Positions 27,027 through 39,529 of a DNA stretch of 64,000 bases are shown here, in pieces (within the stretch, counting starts at the first letter, position 1; the number at the start of each line of letters is the position of its first letter). The translations under genes and the position numbers were made by a program. Origin of the DNA: Thalia democratica (lineage: Eukaryota); the NCBI GenBank assembly GCA_965202585.1, contig OZ241834.1:7564001-7628000 (forward strand), read 5' to 3'. The notes beneath the pieces were generated by a model. It made no database searches and was not told the origin of the DNA. It saw only the letters and a list, made by a program, of their open reading frames with translations.

Positions 27027-27879
27027 TATGTGAGAACGCAGGTTTTGATGCCACAAATAGTGTTCTGAAACAGCAGAAACACAACTGAGGTGATGAAGGA
27101 AAATGGTTTGTAGTTGAAATATATTTGTAGCTATTACCATTTGAATGGCCATAAAGTATTTTAACAAGAAATTATCGACTGTAGTAATAAATAACTTCTT
27201 TTTGGTACTAACTTAAAACAAAAGTTAGGGACAGAAATTCATTTGTAAACTTAAAATTTTTCAATCTACGCTTGTCAAAAGTTCATGTAGATAACTAAAC
27301 ATATCTGTGTAAACAATAAACTTATTGAAATTGTAAGTTTATGAGTCATAATAGGTAAATAAAACTATATGCTATTATAAAGTAATTTTAAAACTGTTAA
27401 TGAAAAACATAAAAAAACACAAGACTAAATTATCAGATACTAAACAAATTATAAAGTTAAGACATTTTCTAAAAAAATATATTATAATTTTACGTTGATA
27501 CCATCTTTAAAAAGGTTTTATAAAGCTTAGAAAAATTATTTAACAAATTTAAAGTACAAAGGTAAAGTACTAAAAATTGAAAGCATTTATAAGAATTTTA
27601 GTATGAGGAAACAAATTTATTTAAACTTTCTTTAAAAATAGAATAAAGCAACAAAATCAAAACTTAAAAAATTATAATAATTTAAACAAATTAGAATTAT
27701 AAACAAATTTTTGTTTGCATAAACTTGGGTTATTAGTTTTTATAAATAAAATTCTAAAACATTTCAATAATACATATTACGTCCTTTACAAACAATGGAA
27801 ATCAAAAAACTATAAAATTGTTATAGTTTTTTGATCATTCTAAGTTATTTAACAAATGTTCACCTATTGCTGATTGACT

Positions 27880-28345
27880 TTTTATTGGCTTGTTTGTCCC
27901 ATAGATCATCCAGTTTCTTCAGGCGTTGGTAACATGCTGGCCTCTTCTTATGTGGAATCGTTGAAAAGTTCTCCCAATATACACACTATCACAGTGGCAT
28001 TTGTACTTATAAATTAGTTGCATCTATCTGGATCAGGAGTGAGATCTTTAACAATCCCATTAAGGGATTTTCTAATGGAATGAGTTATTCTTAAATTTAC
28101 GGTTTATTATTTTATTTTCAGTTTCTCTAATTTGGTTTTTCAAAAGCCTAGCTTCATTTCCTAAATATGGAAGTCTTAAATAGACTGAACATTTATTTGG
28201 GCCATGTTACGTAGAGCTGACAAGTTTTGATGTAGTCCTATTAATTGTTTTTCTGATAGCTTCTGAAGGGTAACCTAAGGAGCCAAAAATACTTTTAATG
28301 TTATTTATTTCTTCATTTAGTTTCACCTTGAAACATATTTTATGT
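27880..28345 (-). mobile_element. Penelope-like retroelement fragment (RT C-terminus plus GIY-YIG), decayed
   Basis: Minus-strand translation gives EEINNIKSIFGSLGYP, PYLG and YKYKCHCDSVYIGRTFQRFHIRRGQH (GIY-YIG motif), with stops and frameshifts. Confidence 0.8.
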
Positions 28346-28689
28346 GCTCAAAAAACTAAGCATGATATTGAATTGTTTTTTTTTTGTGAGGTGGGACAAA
28401 AAGACTGCCAAGGACTGTAGTAATGTTTTGCTTGGATCAAAAAATATTCTTTTATCTGAGTCTGAGCAAAAAAAAATTTATAAACAGTTTAATGCTTAGT
28501 TTCATTATTAGCCTTGATTTTTTTTTATCGTAAAAAACTTATAAACAAGATTTATATTTTTTTGGTGTCACAATGGCATTTGATATTTACATTTATTTTT
28601 ACTTATTTTTATATGCAAAAAATTGGACTATTAGTTAAAAAATTCTCAGTTTCATCTAATTTTAGCAATTTTCAAAAAAAAAAGACTTG

Positions 28690-30720
28690 TGTTTATTACA
28701 ACAAACTGTCAAAGTGGTGTACAACCCCCCAGTACAACCCTTTAGCACTGTTTCCACTGGCAGCTCTTCCGCTCTGCAACCCACACCCCTGTTTGTTGTG
28801 CTTTAGGGTTCCGCGTTCCTCAGCAAGACCTTTGCTCTAGGAACAACAATATTATCTCCTGTATCTTCTGAATTCTATCTCCTGATTGAGCCTGTATCTT
28901 AGCTTTTTTTTCCTTTTTTAAGATTTGTAACGTTACATTTGGGACATATGTTGACAGGTATGTTATTTGGGTGTAGGTTTCTTGTTTTTCAGCAACTCTT
29001 CGTCGTGTAGTTTTTTCTAGCTTCAAAATATGGAGTGTGACTTATAGTTAGTCTCCATGAAAATGGCTTCCAAAAAGGATTTGTCAAACCCAAGCTTTAG
29101 AATCATTCTATGGCTCTTTGGGGACCAAGCATCTGTCCAGTCTAACGCGACTCCCATAAAATCTACATCCGTCTGAATGATGTAGTGTTTTTCTATCCAC
29201 TTGTTTACAAGTGGTATATTGTATTTGTCAATTTTTTTTGTCGTGAGCTTTGTCCAGGTCTTTATTAATGGAGATAATTGTGGGGTCCATGAGGATTGTT
29301 TTTGGTATTGAATTGATTATCCCTGTGTTTAGAAACTGGAATATGATGTCTGGTTTTTTAGATTGGTTGTTAGTCGAGTAAATTGTCTGCTCCAGCTTGA
29401 TGTTTGTGATGTTTTTCATCCAGTGGAGTTTTATTACAATTTTTGTGCAGATGTTGTTGTGTCTTACCGTTCTGAGTGACTTTGATTTTGAGCATTCTGC
29501 GATGATGTGGTTTAAGTTTGCAATTTTGTTTTTGCAGATGGTGCATTTTTTCATTTCTGGGTTATTGTTTTTCTGTTTGTTTTAGCAGGGGTTTCTAGAA
29601 GGTTAGCTTGGGTTCTAATTAGTGTTTGGTAGTGAAATGGTTTTATCCATTTAAGTGGTTCAGGATCCATTTGCACTTGTACTCTGGACACTTCCAGTGA
29701 TTTTTTTTCCATCAATCATTTTGAGAAATTCTTTTTTTCATCAAGCTCGATATAATTTGGATGTTTCATGGTGTTTTTCAGTTCCTTGACTTGAGCGTCT
29801 CCGTCGTATGGGCTGTCTTGTAACCATCCTTGTCTTTAAACCTAAGGTACCTGTCCAGTCTGCGACCTCAAATGGTTTTGTTTATATTTGGAATTCCCAA
29901 CCTCATTTTTTGACAGATCTGTTGATTAGGATGTTGGGACAGTTGTGCGGAAGGCAAAGCCATTTCCGCACGCATCTGTTAAAGAGGCCGTCAAATTTTA
30001 TCATCAAGTCTTTGGTGGCGTCTGTGAATTCAAAGTGGTGAAGCATTTTTGCTGTGAGGATTTCCCTGATAACCTCAAATTTTTGTTGTGACATCAATGG
30101 GCACCAGCTGATTTTTTTGAGTTTACTTTCCAAGTCTTCTATGCTGATTAGGGAAATTTTGTCTCCTGCTGTGTTGATTATGGCACCGAGATGTTTGGAA
30201 TTAGACATGCGTTCCATCTGAGGGATTTCAACGTCATTGATGATGCATGGTTCTGCCATATTGTTGATGGTGTATTTGCTTCTTAAAAAGACAAGGTGGC
30301 ATACTGCACTTCTTTTCTGCCTTTATTTGAAGACCTAGACTGTAATTTTTCTGCAAGGATTTTGATTTTTTGGTTCATTTGTGAGTTGTTATTGGCAAAA
30401 ATTACTAGGTTGTCTGCAAACGCAATATGGCCAATTCTTGTCTTTCCAAAGGAAACTTCTCCTTGATTTCTGATGGAGTGCAGGGCCTCGTCCAGCATCA
30501 GGTTGAACAGGAGTGGGTAGAGGGGTCTCCTTGAAGAACTCCTCTTTGCAGTTTGATAAGGTCACCATTTTGAAGCTCTGCTTTATTCTTGGTGTATAGG
30601 TCTTCAATTAGAATTAGTGTTTTCTTGGGATACCAATTTTGGCTAGGATTTTAATCAACTCTTGGTGTCCAAATGCTTTCAAATGCTCTTTTGGTAAATA
30701 ATGACTCTTGTTTTTTAAGC
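28690..30720 (-). mobile_element. R2-superfamily (restriction-like endonuclease) non-LTR retrotransposon, 5'-truncated and decayed
   Basis: VLQGDPLYPLLFNLMLDEAL, IAFADNLVIF, KHLGAII, VRKWLCLP, CCHC knuckle CTICKNKIANLNHIIAEC..RHN and KPDII..LMDPTI nuclease core; several frameshifts. Confidence 0.85.
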
Positions 30721-30789
30721 AAAAAATGTCTTTTGTGCTGGTGCTTGTTTGAAAAAATTATAAACATGGCTTAAAAGTTTTTTAATCTT

Positions 30790-31690
30790 CTGTAGAGTTT
30801 GTTTAGAGCCATCTTAAAAAGCTTCATGAACTATGTGCAGAGGATAGCTGCCAATACTAATAGGTTGTAGTAAGTTGTTAAGCTTTCATTTTTCTTAAAC
30901 TTTTTGAACAAAGCTCAATTAACGCTTGGACCGTCCATTGAGATCTGTACTTTTTTTTTGACGTCAAGATCATATAAAGCTTAATCAAAAGATTGCTTTA
31001 AATCCTTTGCATTGCTATATTTCAAAAACTCTGGTCCAAAATATCTGGTTTCAACTGTTTTTGTAGATTCATTCCAGAATCTTCTAATAAAATCCATCTG
31101 AATTTTTTCAATCTGATCATCGAGACTTTCATCAAATGAACTTGCAAAAAAAAAGGAGACTTTTTTACATTTTCCAAAAGCTCTGAAAAGAAGAATGGTG
31201 CTAGACCAAAATTTACTGCATAAGCAAATATTGTCCTTTGCATTGAAGCATTTTTAGCAATAGTGCTATCAGGGTAACATTTTTTGAAACAGTAAAAACT
31301 TGTTGCCACAACTATTTCCAGAAAAGTAGCTTTGGACCATTTCTAGTGCCCATAAAATATCAGCAGACCTTGTATCATGGAGAACACCAGATAAGCCAGA
31401 GGTACTACTACAAATACCACCACTAGTAGAAGGTTCAGGTGTAAAGCAACTACGGATGTCTGTGACACTTTTATGAGTTGTTAGTAACTTATTATTTTTA
31501 CTTACTACGTGGCTTCTAATAGCCGCAGCCCCCATATTAGACAAATTGATACTTTGTTTGCACATTTTGCAATAAAACTTAGTACTGTCAGTTTTGTCTT
31601 CCTGCAACCAAGATTTGTACAGTTGATTATCCAACCATGCATGACAGAATCTAGAACCTACAAATTTTACTTTGTCTTTTGGCATTGTAG
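30790..31690 (-). mobile_element. Decayed hAT-type transposase (N-terminal part)
   Basis: Zn-finger YCKMCKQSINLSNMGAAAIRSH, YAVNFGLAPFF, RYFGPEF, QISMDGPSVN and GSYPLHIVHEAF motifs; frameshifted. Confidence 0.7.
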
Positions 31691-33104
31691 TTGATAAACT
31701 TTAAATACTTTATTAACTATATATTTTTGAAAAAAATCCGTTTGTTATGTAAAAACTAAACAAATCTTATATTTATATGCCCCGTCCTATGCACCCCAGA
31801 CACATTTAAAGAACACATGGTCTTTGTTGCATTTGTTTGTAAACATTACTTTGTTTGACTTTGTTTAAATATTGTAATTTTTCAATAATTAGTGAATTAC
31901 AACTTATCAATATTGTGTTTTGTACACTTGTTATTTTGTGTTTCTTTCCACTTAAAATATTCTAAAAACAACTAAATTAAATTAATATTTTCATATCAGG
32001 TATTATATAAAAATGACTCCAGATTACCATCAGTTGGATTTTCTTTATAGCTTTTATTTGTTTAGAATTTAACTCTTTTACCATCTTAGTTTAAAAAGCT
32101 AGAGTCTTCTGCAATTATTGTTTAAATCTGAAATGCTGTACAACCAATGTTTTCAATCAGATTTGTCTGTAGACTTCCAACTTTCAATAACTTGCTTATA
32201 GGTAAGCATAAGATATGTTGTTTAGACCTCTTCTTCTTCTGAGTTCTGAATCCAACAACAACAACAACGAACTGTAATACATCCAACTTGCTGAATATCC
32301 GGCTTTGCAACAACTCCTACATATCAAATGTGTGGTCTAAATTGTTAAAATCAGCATGCTTGTCTACAACAGCACCGCCTTACTCGGGAAAACTGCAATC
32401 GAGCAGTATTTGCTGCTGATCCATATCGGTAGTAAGTCTGATGGCTCTATTTTGTGGAAACAAAGAATTTACTGAGGAAAAATTGCGCTCCCTGTGCCCT
32501 TCAATCCTTAAGGTCTTAATGCAGCTCATTCTCCAAACAAACACATTTTATAGTTTGTGCAAAACAAAACTGTAAAAGTTTTTAACTTGTTTAAGCTGAT
32601 TAAATTGAAATTTTTAATTAAGATTTGTTTTTATGATATGCCAAAAGCAGTTATGATTTATAAATTTGTAGTTTGCGTTCTTCTTTTTTCTCAACATAGT
32701 TTAAAGGACTTAGCTGTTTTTATCGAAAAAAAAAACACACCCAGGATTGGTCCTATCGTAATTTTCCGAATATTTTTGGTATAGTTTACCGAAATATTAA
32801 TAAGTTAATATTTCAATTCTTCATAAGTTTAGTAACCTGAAAAATTGAGTTGTAACTTACTGTATTAATTAAAAAAAAAAAACATTCAGCCAAGACTGCA
32901 CGTGTTGGACACTGTGAGCTTAACTTATAAAATCCGCAGGAATATAAATTTCCATAGGAATATAAATAAATTTCAAAACATTTTCTAAATTAGTTTTTCG
33001 AAAATAAGTTACAAAATGGTAGCATAGCTAGTACTTGAGAATGTGTGAGCAATTTGCCCTGACTGAGATACTTGAGAACTGAAATGTTTTTATGTTTGCC
33101 ACCT

Positions 33105-33390
33105 TCTGCTCCATACAACAGTTCACCTTCTTAGTTGATATTTCTGAATGCTCTGTAGTGAACCTGATGGTTGTATTGGAACGCAATGCGATGTTGTACT
33201 GCTTCGTTTCGAGCACCGTCCACAAGTCTCATCCAATTTGTATGAATTAATTTTTTTGCAAAACAATTTTTCAACAAAACTTTCAAGTTTACCATCCTTC
33301 TTTATCTCCCAAGCATATCCTCCTACCTTAAGCTCATCAGATTTTACTAAACGTCTGGAATTAAGAACAACACCTGATAAAGGTCATTAA
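33105..33390 (-). pseudogene. PRDM-family PR/SET domain fragment, disabled
   Basis: Minus-strand translation (*)PLSGVV..GYAWEIKKDGKLESFVE../..HTNWMRLVDGARNEAVQHRIAFQYNHQVHYRAFRNIN*EGELLYG resembles the PRDM7/9-type PR domain (NWMRYVNCAR..EQNLVAFQY...ELLVWYG). Two stops, one frameshift, no introns seen. Confidence 0.75.
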
Positions 33391-35099
33391 TGGTGTTTTA
33401 TGGAGTTGATAAACGTCATCTTTGTCAGTACAAGCTTTTAACAAGTATAATATTTTGCAAAATAACCTAAAAAATTAGAAAATGTTTAATAAGTAACACA
33501 TTGTTAAAACAAAAGCTTTCAATAAAGTTTTACTTCATTTCAATCTGGAACTCTACATGTAGCATCTACTCTGAACAACCGCTGTTTTTTGTTTCTTTTC
33601 TTCTGTTTTTTATTTTTTTCAGGTTTCTTGCAATGATTGTATCCAAGTAGAAGATCACAAGGTTGACTTTTTGTTATAAACAATTTCTTTAAAGAACTTC
33701 AGAATCAAAAACTAAATTTAAATATTTATATGATAAGTTTAAGAACAACACTTAATAAAGATCTATAAAAAAATATTTAATTTAAATTTTTTATAAAACT
33801 AATTAATTAAAAGCTTGTTCTGTTATGTTGGCTAAAGCAACAAATTTTTCTACAGTAGTGACCTTGACTTCAGAAGTCAGTTTTTTTGAATATAACTTGG
33901 ACTTAAGTACTCACTTTTCTATAAGTAAGAAACACAAATAAATAGGTTTTAATTATTAAAAGTATTGGTTAATCGTATTTTTACTGGTGTACAAGCTGCA
34001 ATTGAAAAGGTCAATAGTTAAGCTGGCTGTATCTAAAATATTTATATGTAAATTTAAAAAAGTTTAAGTTATTTAAACAGTAGCTTTAATTTTTCTTAAA
34101 CAAAGAAGAACTATTATACAGATAAAATCAATGGAAAATTATTAATTTTTTTATTGAAATTAAATTAACAAAGGGTTCATTTATGTTTTTCCTTCCTTAC
34201 TTACTTCAAAAACGTTTTTAACGTTTACCAATTCAGAAAACCGTTCTTTAATTTGTGTTCTTTAATCAGTGTTTTCTGTGTTGGGAAACCATTTTCTTAG
34301 CACGGCTTCAGCAATTGTGTTCTCATAATTCTATGTTTCATGTTTGCTCACATAATGTACACCTAACAGTATAATATATTAACGTTATGTGATATGTATA
34401 AATTAAAAACTAGATTTTGATATTCACTTATTACAACCTTCAATTTTAACTTTATGTGGCGTTAAACGTGCCATCAAAGTTTTATTTAAGATTTTATTTG
34501 CCTTGGTTGTATTAGATCATTTTTTGAAAGTCTTACAGTTTACTGATTACTGATTATGTAATTTGTACAATATGAAGTTATTATGAAAACCTTAATATTT
34601 TTTAGTAGAAGGTCTTTTCAAAGCAACCTGTTTTATCTTTACAAGAAATATATTACAACAGAGCCATTTATAAACTAATAATTTTCCCTCACTTCCTTTT
34701 TAAAACTAGTACAGTTTTTAATTAAATCCCTACCAATAGAAATTACACTTAAGGAGTTTAATCTAGACTGACCTATGGTATTTCATAAATACGTTTTTAT
34801 TCTCTTAAAGATGAATATGTCCTTTCAGTTTTAGTTGAACACATAGGTATAGTTATTAGAATTTATAGAAGTTTTATAGTTTCACAAAAACTATCAGAAG
34901 AAATTATATATAAAATCAGCTTCACTACTTCTGCACATGGGTATTGTTATAAAATGCTAATAATCCTTGCAGTTTCTTTAATTGTTTTAGTCAGGTTATG
35001 TACTTAAAAATATAACAGTATTTTCACTAAACCATCCTGATGCAATTCTTTACGTGTATAAAATGTTTTTAGTTCTCTTTTTAACTGTTTACATTCAAC

Positions 35100-36620
35100 T
35101 ACAGCATAACACTTCTTCACTACTTCTATAAGTTCTAAAGAAAAAAAGGATTTAAAGAAAGTACAGTTTAATAATTAGCCAACAATAACTGAAATTCTTA
35201 AATGCCCTAAAAACTTAAATCTTTCAGTAATATTGAGTAATATTGAAGCTGACACAAATACAGACTTCTTTTGCTGAATAAAGGCTTTTTTAACGTAATC
35301 TGTTCTTCTTGAACTTCTTATATTATTGACTGCAGTTTGAAAAGTTTCCAAATGCTGTTCAACCTTATGAACAGTTAAGTCTGTGCATTGCATGGCATAG
35401 TACAGAATTTTAACTGCAGGTATAATTTCTGAATCCAAATTCAGCCAAAAATTAAAATTATTATTATTTGCATCAAAGTCTTTATGCAGTTTTCTGCTGC
35501 GGCTATTGTGGAAGTACCAAAACGGTCTGGGTTATCTATAACAAAATCAAATCTTGTAAGTATAATTGCTGTTTATTGATTGAAACTCTGAGAACAGATT
35601 TTGAATATAGATCCACCTGGTTTTGCTTGCAGAAAGAATATATACTTAACGTTGAAATAATTATATACAGCACTGTTTTTTCTGGGGACTTTTAAAATAA
35701 AAAAGGAGGAATTTGGTTTAATTTTGCAAAAAAAGTTTGTGAACATGGTAAGCATTTTAATATACTTGCTTTACTTTTACATACACCCCTCCAATCCTTT
35801 CCTGCATGACTGAAGCACCATCATAAGTCTGCGCAACTACTTTCTTTTTATCTCCTTTAAAAAATTTTTCTAGCTCTGTCAAAGTAACATTTGCTATTCC
35901 ATCAGCATTGTCTCTGTCTAGCTGGAAAAATCCCAAAAAATGTTTTATACAACTTAGCAGTTTTGTATATATATGATGATTAATGATAATTGATTTTGGA
36001 CAGAAATGTCTGTGGTATCATCAGCAATTATAGCTATGAAAGGTGCTTCACTGACTTGAGCATAAATTTTGTTTTTATAAATTTGAAGAACACTTTCAAG
36101 TATTTCATTCTGTATAGTACAATTTGGAAACCAAATGAGTAATAGTGCTCAATCTTGAAACAGAGAGCCAAATTAAATAATAATTTATTGATGAAATTGC
36201 AACCTTACTAACCCGGTTTTACCTAAAAAAGGATCTTCAGATTCTAGGTAGCTAGTCATTAACGATCAAATTTTTATAAACATTTAAACAGCTTGATAAC
36301 AAATCATCTTGAATTGTATTGCTGTGCATCTTAATTGCTCTCTTTTGCATATCTTTATCCATAGTTGAAGTAATTCCAGCAAGCTTCTAAATACTCCTGG
36401 ATTGGCTCATTCATTTGATTCATCATGACCTTTTAATGAAAGCTGTAGACGACTACATAGAAGTATTGCGTCAAGAATGGTGCTTAATACCTTCTTCTTT
36501 TTTTAACTTCCTTATTGTGTTCTTCTATACTTTATTTATAAGGTTGACTCAAATGAGTCCTGATGCTTATCTGTAAAATGATAAAGTGTTTACTGCGTGG
36601 CAAAGCTATTGCCATAATAA
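35100..36620 (-). mobile_element. Decayed hAT transposase (ZMYM1/THAP12-related type)
   Basis: PFIAIIADDTTDIS, VVAQTYDGASVM and C-terminal helical remnants (ORF 35175-35438); many stops. Confidence 0.75.
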
Positions 36621-36999
36621 ATAAAACATAGTTTAAGGTATAAAAAGCCTTCAAAATGTTTTAACTGTAATAAAAAGGTCTTTCACAACTTGTTATTGAA
36701 AAAAATAGAATAGATGAAATTATTGAAAATTTCAATAGTATTTACTTTTCCTAAGAGTGCCAACGAAGCTAAGTTTCCAATGTGCTTATCTGTACATTCA
36801 TAATTTTTTGTTACATCAGTTAACTTGGAAAGAGAGTCAAATCTAATTTACATGAAAAATTTGTTGTAGTTGTAAAATGAGTATATTCTTTAATTTACAC
36901 AGAGAAATAGTAAATAAACATAATCTTTAGAATATCTTACTTTTTTCTGAAAATAATTTTTGCTATAAAGTTTGTTTTAGTTAAACTACAATATTTTTA

Positions 37000-39100
37000 A
37001 TTTACTGTATTATCTGTATAAATATAAAAGTATGTAGATCTGGTTTATAATTTAATTTTAAGGCTGTAGTAGTAAACCTTTTAATCTTAATTTGAGTACT
37101 GTACAAAGATTGTAGAAAATACATTGCACTCTTTCATATTTTTTAGATGTTAGCATTCTACAGCAGGCAATCGTCAACAATTTTTTTAATTCCTCTTTAA
37201 TTTTGTTGTATGTACACCAACGTTTAAACGAATGCATCATATGACATCCGCATAGATGAATTGTACTACGTATCATGTTGTCAAACAATTTTTATGCTAT
37301 TTTTCTGAAATAAAGTTTAGAAATTAGAGTTAGTATTACAATTTATTACAACTTTATTATTCTATTGAATAAAAGAATTTATTGAAAAATTAACTAACGT
37401 TCGCTGGTAAATCCAGCGTATACCATTTGTAAATAGGTTATAAGATCAGTACTATTGAATTCTTCTGTTGCTGCATTAATGTTGGGAAACTGCAATCTGA
37501 CTCCAATCTTTTGAACAGTTCACCTAAAGTATTGAATATTTTATATATCTTTATTTTATACTACTCACGAAATAATGTTTATTTATATTACCTCCTATAA
37601 CTTTTTTGTATTCCCTTGCTATATGAGACATCCATGCCTTGTAGTTTTACTTGTCTGTGTGGGCAGATATCATATCGCTAACTACAAGGCAAGGTGTGTT
37701 TCTCAAACTCAGCTTCTTTCCTTTTGACTTATGAAATCCTTTAAATAAAAAAAAACTTGAAACTAAAGTTATTAGATTAACTTATTTCTAACAAATCCAT
37801 CAACTACATAAATTGTATGGCTAAATAATACAATTATTTTAATAAATTTTAGAAAATTATGAAACAATCTGATCTTATCAACTATTTCTAAAGTTAGAAC
37901 AAATACCGCTATCACTACGACCAATTTTAGTTCTTCTATTTTTTGGCGTTATGACAATTTGGTTCTCCAGTTCTTTTCAACTCAATCTTATCTGTATTCA
38001 TTGTACCTGTCCAACTAACGTTACACTCTTCGACCGTGCAGCTTAAGTTTAGCCAGAAAGACTTAGTTTTCACCAAAAATTTGTATTTTCAACTTTTAGG
38101 TATATGGCATTGCTTTTTTTTGCCGTGTATTTTTTTGCGTATGACCTGTATTAAAAATAAGTTAATAAAGTCAAATGAGTTAACATCTAATACATCAATT
38201 ATAGTTTTTAAGTGTGATTAATAAAAAGTGAAAATAAACCACTTACATCTGTGCAACCTATCTCAGACATTTTGAATTTTTTTTTACTTTCTAAATACTT
38301 GTTATTTTCATTATAAACTAGCTTCCATTCTTCTGCAGTAACTGGTAAAGATATCTGATTCTCTTTTTCATCTGCATTAACTGGTGAGTATTCGTGAGTA
38401 GACTAAAAGCTGTATCCAGCCTTTATTTTTGTTATTAAAAATGATACATAAATAAAACCAATAAAAAACATATTTTTATGTTTATCGAACATGGTAATGA
38501 TTCAAGTCTCAAACTACTATAGTTGATAGATTCAAATACTATAACAAAAAATTGATTTCTACAATACAACCAGCTATGATTTATCCAATTCATATTTTAT
38601 CAGTGTAATTTAAAATATAAACATGCTTTATAGAAACATTATAAAGTACGATAAAATTGTTTGCATCCTCATTATTGCTGTGTAGTTGGTCATTTTTGCT
38701 AGCAATGTATGCCTTTACCAGGTCTTCATCATCTGATTTAATACCATCTCCTGACAAAGTTAGTTTTTCTTATCTTTAACACTGTTGCATCCAGCCTGGA
38801 GATTTTAATCAGTTAGATGGAGACTTTTTTTTTGTATTTGTAAGTTGATCAGATTATAAAGGGGTCCAAAATGTAGATTTTTTTAGCGTTTAAATACTGA
38901 AAAAAAAAGTTCATTACATTTAAAAACTGTTTATTAATATTTGTACAAATCTATTTTTACTTACAAACAGTCTCCAGTGTTTGTCTTTTAGTTGAAAAAA
39001 TGACAATATTGTTTCATGCATGTTTCATGAGTTTTTCTGAGATCTAATGAATGTTTTTAGTTTAAGATTTACATTTTTACTTTACTATTAATAGTTTTTT
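37000..39100 (-). mobile_element. Decayed MULE transposase of NOF-FB-like type
   Basis: PCLVVSDMISAH, ESDCSFP/INAATEEFNSTDLITYLQMVY and IHLCGCHMMHSF..IFYNLCTVL segments occur in the order recalled for NOF-like MULE transposases; boundaries approximate. Confidence 0.5.
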
Positions 39101-39529
39101 ACCTCAGTTATAATTTAAGTTAATTTTTATCACAAGGAAGATCTAAAAATATATTTTAGAGTATAATCTTGTAACCGTAGAATAAAATATGGGCGATGAA
39201 ATGACAACGATGTTCGAAAAGAATATGTACAGGACCAACCCGAATGCGGACATGTCCGAGAAAAAAGTAAACCGAAAAATATGAATGAACAAAAATAAGG
39301 CAAAAATACGAAACTTTTTTAAGGAATGTCTAGATTTTTATTTAGTTTTCAGTTTTTAAATTTTTATTCGAGTCATTAACTATCTCTTTTTAATTTTTTA
39401 ATAAAGAAAAGAATACGGCGAAACAAGGCGTTAGAAAAATATGAAAACAGTAAAAACAACAGAAAGAAGAATTGAAAAAATGAACAGGGAATCAAAAGCA
39501 TCCAGGAAAATAAATACATCCATGCATAA

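Noticed and set aside
33148-33390. 80-aa plus-strand ORF
   Set aside because: Antisense to the PR/SET remnant, which explains the region better.
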